Below, in pieces: positions 25,287 to 31,620 of a stretch of 33,202 nucleotides of DNA. Each line of letters opens with the position of its first letter. Positions within the stretch are counted from its first letter, which is position 1. The DNA lies in the NCBI GenBank assembly GCA_030530185.1, contig JAUMVL010000001.1, positions 1 to 33,202 of the forward strand, in the 5' to 3' direction. The notes under the pieces are model-generated. The model had not been told where the DNA came from and did no database searches. It was given only the letters and a program-made list of their open reading frames with translations. The position numbers were made by a program, and so were the translations under genes. The DNA comes from Clostridia bacterium (lineage in GTDB: Bacteria; Bacillota; Clostridia; Christensenellales; CAG-138).

Positions 25287-27413
25287 ATGAAACGGTTCTT
25301 TGCATTTCTTCTGATCGGCGCCCTGCTGTTTACCGCATGCGCGGCCCAGACGGCGAACGCCGAAAAACAACCCGCAACCGCCGCACCGGCCTCAACGCAG
25401 GCCGCGGCTTCTCAGGAAAGCACGCCGACGGCGGCTTTGACCGATCCGACGGATGCCGCCAGGGAGACGACCGATGCCTTTTCGATTACGACCGACAACG
25501 GCGCGGTGAGCGCATCCGGCTCGGTTTACACGATCACCGCAGCCGGGGAATACACGATCGGCGGCGCACTCTCGGACGGACAGATCGTTGTGGACGCGGG
25601 AGAGGAGGATGAGGTGAAGCTCCTTTTGAATAACGCCTCGGTCACCTGCACGACGGATGCGCCGATCCTTGTCAAAAATGCCGGCGAGGTCACCGTCAAG
25701 GCCGAAAAGAACACCTACAACACCGTAAGCGATCTCCGAACCGGCGACGCTTCCGCCGCGAGCGAGGAAAATTACGACGCTGCAATCTATGCGGCATGCG
25801 ATCTGAAACTGACCGGCTCCGGCACCCTGATCGTGACGAGCACATACGACAACGGCGTCAAATCGAAGGACGATCTGTCGGTCAAAAATATGACGTTAAA
25901 GGTCACCGCCGTCGGCAACGCGCTGAAAGGGAACGATTCGGTCGAGATCAAGTCCGGTGCGCTGATGCTGACCTCGACGGCATCGGATGGAATCAAAACC
26001 GAGAATACGGACGTTTCGTCGAAGGGCAATCAACGCGGCACGGTCACGATTTCAGGCGGACAGGTCGACATCTACGCCGCGTGCGACGCCATCCATGCGG
26101 CTTACAATGTGGAAATCTCCGATGAGGAAAGCTGTATCGTCAACCTCTATACGGCCTCATACGCCTCCGAAAGCACGGCTGCCGCGGGAGCGGAGCAATA
26201 CCTGATTGTTCCTTCGTCGCTGTACAGTGAGGACTACGAGTACTACGTTTACCTCTACAATGAGGACGATGCCGCGGGCGCATGGGTTAAGTGCACCTAT
26301 GACACGATGGTATACAGCGGGCGCACCGCCTATTACGGCCTTGCATACCGCACGACCGGCTCCTACCAGAACCTGCTTTGGAACCTGGTACCGGCCGGAA
26401 CGGCGCCGGATGGCACCAATTACGTCGCCGCAAGTACCGGCGAAACCGTCAATGGCTCGATGAACGCCTATCTGATCACATCCATTTCCTCCGGCGTGAT
26501 CGCGGGCGACTGGGTACAGCTGTCGAGCGGCTCCGGCAGCTCGAACAAGACGACGTATTCGGCAAAGGGCATCAAGGCTGCAAATGAAATTCTCATCACG
26601 GGCGGGACGATCAGCGTGTACGCGATGGACGACGGCCTCCACGCCAACGGCGGCGATGCGCTTGAAAACGGCGCTGCCGGCCTCGGCAACGTTACGATCA
26701 GCGGCGGAACCCTCTCAATCACCTCCGCGGATGATGGCATTCACGCGGATGGAGCGCTGACCATTGACGACGGAACGGTTGCGGTCGTCGATTCGCACGA
26801 GGGGCTCGAGGGCAACGTCATCACAATCAACGGTGGAACCATCTCGGTCTACGGCGATGACGACGGCATCAACGCCTGCTCGGGCAGCGCGACTCCGCTG
26901 CTGACGATCAACGGCGGCAGCCTGACTGTCACGACGCCCTCCGGCGATACCGATGCGATCGACTCGAACGGCAATTTGAGTATGACCGGCGGCGCCGTGC
27001 TTGTACGCGGCGGCACACAGATGGGCAATATGGCGGGCTCGGTGGATGTGGACGGTTCCATCACGGTCTCCGGCGGCACAATCGCAGCATTCGGCGGCAT
27101 CTGCCAGATTCCGTCCAACGGCTCGGTCAATACCTACGTTTCCAATGGAACGTCGTTTGCCGCAGGCGATTATCAGCTCAAAGACGCGAGCGGCAACGTG
27201 CTTTTCAGCTTTACACTCGATACCGGCTACTCCTCCTGCTGGATCGCGTCGGAGGCCTTTGCGCTCGGCAGCAGCTATACGCTGGAAAAGGACGGAACTA
27301 TTGTTCTGAACTGGACACAGTCGTCCAACACCGAGGGCGCAACCGGCAATTATGGTGGGTTCGGCGGCACGGGCGGCTTCGGCGGTCACGGCGGTTGGGG
27401 CGGCAGACGGTAA
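25287..27413 (+). CDS. carbohydrate-binding beta-helix lipoprotein, Cthe_2159-like family
   Basis: 708 aa. Signal peptide with lipobox-like LLFTAC. The characteristic opening ...YTITAAGEYTIGGALSDGQIVVDAGEEDEVKLLLNNASVTCTTDAPILVKNA. Many DDG(I/L)(H/N/K)A repeats typical of parallel beta-helix coils. Gly-rich C-terminal tail. Confidence 0.78.
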   Translation: MKRFFAFLLIGALLFTACAAQTANAEKQPATAAPASTQAAASQESTPTAALTDPTDAARETTDAFSITTDNGAVSASGSVYTITAAGEYTIGGALSDGQIVVDAGEEDEVKLLLNNASVTCTTDAPILVKNAGEVTVKAEKNTYNTVSDLRTGDASAASEENYDAAIYAACDLKLTGSGTLIVTSTYDNGVKSKDDLSVKNMTLKVTAVGNALKGNDSVEIKSGALMLTSTASDGIKTENTDVSSKGNQRGTVTISGGQVDIYAACDAIHAAYNVEISDEESCIVNLYTASYASESTAAAGAEQYLIVPSSLYSEDYEYYVYLYNEDDAAGAWVKCTYDTMVYSGRTAYYGLAYRTTGSYQNLLWNLVPAGTAPDGTNYVAASTGETVNGSMNAYLITSISSGVIAGDWVQLSSGSGSSNKTTYSAKGIKAANEILITGGTISVYAMDDGLHANGGDALENGAAGLGNVTISGGTLSITSADDGIHADGALTIDDGTVAVVDSHEGLEGNVITINGGTISVYGDDDGINACSGSATPLLTINGGSLTVTTPSGDTDAIDSNGNLSMTGGAVLVRGGTQMGNMAGSVDVDGSITVSGGTIAAFGGICQIPSNGSVNTYVSNGTSFAAGDYQLKDASGNVLFSFTLDTGYSSCWIASEAFALGSSYTLEKDGTIVLNWTQSSNTEGATGNYGGFGGTGGFGGHGGWGGRR

Positions 27414-27454
27414 ACGCCGAATCGGTTTTCCTCCATTTCTTCCCATACTACTAA

Positions 27455-27480
27455 ACGGCGGCGGAATCATCCGCCGCCGT
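27455..27480. terminator. perfect 10-bp GC-rich hairpin at the left edge of the AT-rich islet (terminator candidate)
   Basis: acggcggcgg aatcat ccgccgccgt. A T-rich but interrupted tail follows on the plus strand. It lies 3 nt from the stop of the convergent ligase gene. Confidence 0.45.
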
Positions 27481-27483
27481 TGG

Positions 27484-29292
27484 CTATCGCTTTGTTTGAT
27501 TTTGTCTATAAAAACGTCGAAGGGTTTCACGGTCTATTTTTCCTTCACTCGTATAAGGAATCTTTATAAGAACATAGTCTCCGTCATCCTTTGGTCTATC
27601 ACGAACCGGTATCCTATTCTCAACTGCAGCAATAATGTTTTTTAATGGTTCAGTAGTATTCTTGATATCTGGTCTTAATTCTATAAACGCTACAGGATAC
27701 TCTCCGATTATCGAAGAATCATCTTTTATACCAATAACAACACAGTTCTCTACTTGCTTGTTTTCTAAAATTACTCGTTCGATCTCTACCGGAAATACGT
27801 TGTGTCCGTCCGGTCTTACAATCATTTGTTTTTTTCTTGATGTTAGAATAAAGAACCCTTCTTGATCTACAAAACCCAGATCTCCGGAGCGGCCCCACTT
27901 TTTTCCATTCTCATCTATAAAAAAGAACGCTTCTGTTTCTGCATCATTATTTATATATCCTCGCATTTCCTGTGGAGACGAGAGGTAAATCTCCCCGATT
28001 TCATTATACTTGCATTCGGTATAATCGTCTTTCATAACCTTTGCATCGACGAGGGGAAGAGGAATTCCATATACTCCTGGTTTCTTTGTTTTATCAAATG
28101 GTGTTTCAAAAGCGCATGAAGAGTATTCTGCCATTCCGCCACCTTTTATTAAAGTTGAAAGCGAGTTGTGATTGTATAACCATTTATTGACTTTTTCTTC
28201 AAATTCTGGCGTCGTTCTATCTCCTCCAAAGATGATGCGTTTAATGAAAGACATATCCTCATGTTCAAGTAATTTGCTTTCAATCACATGACTAAACATT
28301 GACGGAACACATATAACATTATTCGGTTTGTGATCTAAAATCAATTTTGGAAAAGACTCAACAGTAAAATTGGGAATCAAGTGTAGTTCAAAGCCGGCGC
28401 AAAGGGACATGTGTATACCTGTAACAGCGCCGTAACTAATAAAAGGAGGCATAATACCAAGTAAGCTTTCTCCGCAAACCGTTTGGTTGATTTGAATTAG
28501 TTGAGCCGCAGTTACATTCATTCCTTTAGCTGTCAACTCTAGCCCTTTGGGGACTCCGGTTGTTCCGCTTGTATATTCAATAATTGATGTTTTTCCTTCC
28601 CGATAATCTGCTATTTTAAAATTTGAATGTGTTGCACCAGCATATACATCGAATGGCAAGATAGTATACGTCTGTTTATTAAAATGCAATCTGCTTTTGA
28701 AGAAGGAAACGCATCCCATCCAATTTTTCTGAGCGATTAATTCTGTCCTTTTGAGTATAGAATAATTATTTTTTAACCATCTTTTTTGTTCTGTCTTATT
28801 CATGCACGCTAAAGGAGAAACCGGTATTATTGTCTCCAGCATTGAATCTTTTGCCGCTTCAATCATTGTATTCAAATAAGGAGTGGTAATACATCCAACT
28901 TTCACCTCTGTTAAATTGATATAGAACCGCATGCGTTCCGTTGGAATTCTGGGATCTATCAGGTTTGCAACAGCCCCTATCTGATCTAGCCCATACATCA
29001 TAAAAACAGTATCTGGAGTCAAAGGCATCGCTAATGCAACAGATTCATTTTCTTTCACTCCTAAATTCTGAAAAAAGCGACTAAAACGATCTATATTTTC
29101 AAACAATTCCTGATATGTATAGGTTTTTCCATAAAAAGAAAGTGCTTTTAAAAAGAGATTATTTCTGTTACAATCACGCAAATATTGAGACAATGACATA
29201 TCTGGAACTTTTATTGCTAAATCTTTCTCAGAATAGTATTTCAGCCACGGTTTGTCGATGGACGGATAACCCGTCAGTTTTGTCTGCTCCAT
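27484..29292 (-). CDS. class I adenylate-forming enzyme (AMP-dependent synthetase/ligase, ANL superfamily), substrate unknown
   Basis: 602 aa. AMP-binding signature YTSGTTGVPKG at aa 240-250. Downstream GDLG and hinge/K motifs (GDLGFVDQEGFFILTSRKKQMIV, ...YTSEGKIDR). AAGGAGG RBS. Confidence 0.85.
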   Translation of the reverse strand: MEQTKLTGYPSIDKPWLKYYSEKDLAIKVPDMSLSQYLRDCNRNNLFLKALSFYGKTYTYQELFENIDRFSRFFQNLGVKENESVALAMPLTPDTVFMMYGLDQIGAVANLIDPRIPTERMRFYINLTEVKVGCITTPYLNTMIEAAKDSMLETIIPVSPLACMNKTEQKRWLKNNYSILKRTELIAQKNWMGCVSFFKSRLHFNKQTYTILPFDVYAGATHSNFKIADYREGKTSIIEYTSGTTGVPKGLELTAKGMNVTAAQLIQINQTVCGESLLGIMPPFISYGAVTGIHMSLCAGFELHLIPNFTVESFPKLILDHKPNNVICVPSMFSHVIESKLLEHEDMSFIKRIIFGGDRTTPEFEEKVNKWLYNHNSLSTLIKGGGMAEYSSCAFETPFDKTKKPGVYGIPLPLVDAKVMKDDYTECKYNEIGEIYLSSPQEMRGYINNDAETEAFFFIDENGKKWGRSGDLGFVDQEGFFILTSRKKQMIVRPDGHNVFPVEIERVILENKQVENCVVIGIKDDSSIIGEYPVAFIELRPDIKNTTEPLKNIIAAVENRIPVRDRPKDDGDYVLIKIPYTSEGKIDRETLRRFYRQNQTKR

Positions 29293-29313
29293 AATATAAA
29301 ACCTCCTTAATGA

Positions 29314-29892
29314 TTAGGTGTAGATTAGAATTAAGACAGCAAATAAAATCAACACCAAAAACATGACCGTTGTGATAATATAAGACATATTTATGCCTAA
29401 TATATAGTCTGCTTTCTTTTTCACTGTCATTTTATTAAAGGGAATATCTATCCTCAAATCTTCTTCCCGCAAATCTTCCGGGAGGTTGTGTATCATTTTC
29501 CGATAGATAGCACCGGTAATGCTAAACCGTCGCACATAACCCCACATCACAAAAATGAACAACAAGGATAAAACTATGCCTGCCACAGGGAACAGCTTAA
29601 AAGGTATTGATGCTGGAATGCAAACATGTAACGTCCATGTCGTCAGGTACGGGAATACAATAACGGCAAGCGTAAAAGTATAGTATGAAAAAGCCTGTTT
29701 CCATAGAGACGAATCTCTATGGTCCCATTCTGACAAGTATATCTCCATCAAGTGCAGAAACTGATCAGTATTCTCTATCGGTATCATTCCATCGAATTTG
29801 TTTCGTTCTTCCTTGTTGTCCGTACCGGTTTCCTTAATGGTTGTTTTCTCTTTGATGCTCTTTTCTGTTTCTTTAAAATACTCATATTCCAT
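29314..29892 (-). CDS. orphan membrane protein with three predicted TM helices and a charged N-terminal ~45 aa
   Basis: 192 aa with AGGAGG RBS. Hydrophobic segments FSYYTFTLAVIVFPYL, LFPVAGIVLSLLFIFVMWGY and MSYIITTVMFLVLILFAVLILIY. It ends 21 nt upstream of the ligase gene, so the two are probably one operon. Confidence 0.6.
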   Translation of the reverse strand: MEYEYFKETEKSIKEKTTIKETGTDNKEERNKFDGMIPIENTDQFLHLMEIYLSEWDHRDSSLWKQAFSYYTFTLAVIVFPYLTTWTLHVCIPASIPFKLFPVAGIVLSLLFIFVMWGYVRRFSITGAIYRKMIHNLPEDLREEDLRIDIPFNKMTVKKKADYILGINMSYIITTVMFLVLILFAVLILIYT

Positions 29893-29950
29893 AATGATGC
29901 CTCCTGTTATGGTTTTTCACGCATAAATGATTCTGCCACAGCCATATTTA

Positions 29951-30003
29951 GTCTATATATAGACTATTTTACCATATATGGTCCAAAAAGTCTATATATG
30001 GTC
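29951..30003. promoter_or_regulatory. array of three related 14-bp palindromic operator-like boxes
   Basis: GTCTATATATAGAC at 29951-29964 (perfect palindrome). tACCATATATGGTc at 29970-29983 (perfect 12-bp core). GTCTATATATGGTC at 29990-30003 (a hybrid of the two half-site types). Box centres are 19 and 20 bp apart. Confidence 0.55.
29966..29994 (-). promoter_or_regulatory. promoter candidate TAGACT-17-(TGg)TAAAAT for the membrane-protein/ligase operon
   Basis: Minus-strand read is tagact ttttggaccatatatgg taaaat. The boxes overlap the -35, fill the spacer and cover the start-site region. Confidence 0.45.
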
Positions 30004-30030
30004 TTTGTTGCAGAACGTTCCTGTTACGAT
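30002..30030 (+). promoter_or_regulatory. weak promoter candidate with an extended -10 (TGtTACGAT) for the XRE gene
   Basis: tgt tacgat at 30022-30030. The -35 is poor (tctttg) and overlaps operator box 3. Confidence 0.3.
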
Positions 30031-30058
30031 AAAACTAAGAATTAACAGGGAGTAGATT

Positions 30059-30301
30059 ATGAACACACGAGAATATGTAGTAAAAAGGATATTAGATCTG
30101 TGCAACGAGAAACGACTGACAATCAACGGACTTGCACGTCTATCTGCCTTGCCGCCATCAACACTAAAGAATATCATCAACGGCGCAAGTCAGAACCCTG
30201 GAGTTGTAACCTTAAAAAAGATATGTGATGGACTGGAGATCTCAATGATAGATTTCTTCGATACGGACGACTTTCGTGTAATTGAACAAGAAATACGATA
30301 G
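30059..30301 (+). CDS. XRE-family helix-turn-helix transcriptional regulator
   Basis: 80 aa. ...LCNEKRLTINGLARLSALPPSTLKNIINGASQNPGVVTLKKICDGLEISMIDFF is the classical Cro/CI-type HTH_3 pattern. AGGGAG RBS. Confidence 0.85.
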   Translation: MNTREYVVKRILDLCNEKRLTINGLARLSALPPSTLKNIINGASQNPGVVTLKKICDGLEISMIDFFDTDDFRVIEQEIR

Positions 30302-30427
30302 AGTCAACTTCATCCAATAATAATATCATAAAATACGCGCCTTTTCTTGTATTGGATAAGTGTGCTGAAGAATATTGAACCCTCCCTTGACAAATGCAGT
30401 CATAAGTGTGTTCTTCTGGAAAAAGAA

Positions 30428-30443
30428 ATTCCCCTTAAGGGGA
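30428..30443 (-). terminator. short hairpin plus T-run, possible terminator of the GH13/eIF-2B-like operon
   Basis: ttcccc ttaa ggggaa, followed on the minus strand by tttcttttt. It lies about 110 nt downstream of the stop at 30552. Confidence 0.35.
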
Positions 30444-30551
30444 AAAACTTTTGGATATATGTTTGAAGACTCCTTTATAGAGCAGCTCTTCTGCTATGTT
30501 TTACAGCAGTCTGCCTAGCTTGTCAAAAGCATTTTTGACAAACTGCTTTTC

Positions 30552-31616
30552 TTATACCACAACCTCATACTCGCCGGTGCTGCCGCTTTCGGCATATCGC
30601 CACAGATCGTACGGGCAAAAGATGCCCTGGTCGGTGACGACGCCGGAGACGAGCTCGGGCGGCGTAATGTCGAATGCGGGATAGTAACCCTTCACGCCGT
30701 CGCGCGCAGTTTTGACGCCCATGGCCTGCAGGACAAAGTCCGGATCGCGCATTTCGATCTTGACGTCCTTCACCGTGGGGTGCACAAGGTCCGGCGCGCC
30801 CGTTACAAAGTACGGAATACCCATATACTTGGCCGCGATCGCGATCTGGAACGTACCGACCTTGTTGATCACGTGTCCGTCCATGCAGATCGCATCCGCT
30901 GCGGAGGTAAACACATTGACGTTTTCGTTTTTCAGTACGAATGCGGGCATGTTGTCGGTGATGACCGTCACATCGAAGCCCATTTCATAGCAGACCGTGG
31001 CGGTCAGCCGTGCGCCCTGGAAATACGGACGCGTTTCGGGACAGAAGATGCGGAAGGTTTTGCCCTTTTGTTTGGCCTCCTTGAGCATCATGCCGACGAT
31101 CGTTTCCGCAAAGCACTGTGTCATAACGGTTCCGCCGTTTGGGATCTGTCCGACCAGATACGTTGCCATCTTGGCGATCTTGTGATAGCGGCTGTTGTTG
31201 GCCTCGATCGCCCGCGCCTTGATCGCCTCGGCAACGTCCACGCCGGAACCCCAAGCGGCTTCGGCCGCCTCCGTCATGGTTTTGCAGATCTGCGCCATGC
31301 GCTTGGCTGTCGTCGGTCGCGCGTTTGTGATGCAGTCCGCCGCTTCCCTCAGAAATTGCCGCTGCCTTGCTTCGCTCTCGTTTCGACACTCGTATGCCGC
31401 GAGCGCCATACCCATTGCCGCCGCCGTATACGGTCCGGCGCTTTGCGTCACCATATCTGTGACGGCCTTGGCGACTTCGGCATAGTGCGTGCACGTGACA
31501 AACGACACTTTACGCGGATAGCAGCGCCGGTCCAGAATACGCACCCTGCCGTCCTCGAACCACGCAATGTTCTCATATTGCAGCATGAATGCCAACTCTT
31601 TGTCCTGTCGTTCCAT
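30552..31616 (-). CDS. eIF-2B alpha/beta/delta-like (MtnA-type sugar-1-phosphate isomerase) family protein, divergent
   Basis: 354 aa, colinear with methylthioribose-1-phosphate isomerases (ETRPYFQGARLTA, NKVGT, PAFDITPPELVSGVVTDQG). AGGAG RBS inside the 3' end of the upstream GH13 gene, with a 4-nt gap. Confidence 0.78.
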   Translation of the reverse strand: MERQDKELAFMLQYENIAWFEDGRVRILDRRCYPRKVSFVTCTHYAEVAKAVTDMVTQSAGPYTAAAMGMALAAYECRNESEARQRQFLREAADCITNARPTTAKRMAQICKTMTEAAEAAWGSGVDVAEAIKARAIEANNSRYHKIAKMATYLVGQIPNGGTVMTQCFAETIVGMMLKEAKQKGKTFRIFCPETRPYFQGARLTATVCYEMGFDVTVITDNMPAFVLKNENVNVFTSAADAICMDGHVINKVGTFQIAIAAKYMGIPYFVTGAPDLVHPTVKDVKIEMRDPDFVLQAMGVKTARDGVKGYYPAFDITPPELVSGVVTDQGIFCPYDLWRYAESGSTGEYEVVV

Positions 31617-31620
31617 TCTC

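Larger units (their letters stand above)
27484..30551. other. AT-rich genomic islet (putative horizontally acquired three-gene module, no mobility gene)
   Basis: Hand counts on several 60-nt lines give about 28-40% G+C inside and about 55-65% in the flanks. The switch is abrupt at both ends. Confidence 0.7.

Noticed and set aside
27414-27483. att-like direct repeats flanking the AT-rich islet (compared with 30302-30551)
   Set aside because: The only similarity is short and weak (ttcttcccatac versus ttcttatacc). That is not enough to claim target-site duplication or an att site.
26715-27530. 271-aa minus-strand ORF spanning the end of the beta-helix gene and the hairpin
   Set aside because: It lies antisense to the Cthe_2159-like gene and crosses the terminator hairpin and the compositional boundary. 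It has Arg/Ala-rich mirror-frame composition.
30302-30551. Small ORFs in the AT-rich non-coding tail (25-aa MTAFVKGGFNILQHTYPIQEKARIL on the minus strand, 19-aa MFEDSFIEQLFCYVLQQSA on the plus strand, and the 62-aa track ORF 30496-30684)
   Set aside because: None has a Shine-Dalgarno sequence at a sensible distance. The 62-aa ORF runs antisense into the eIF-2B-like gene. The region is more likely a degenerate remnant plus terminator hairpins.
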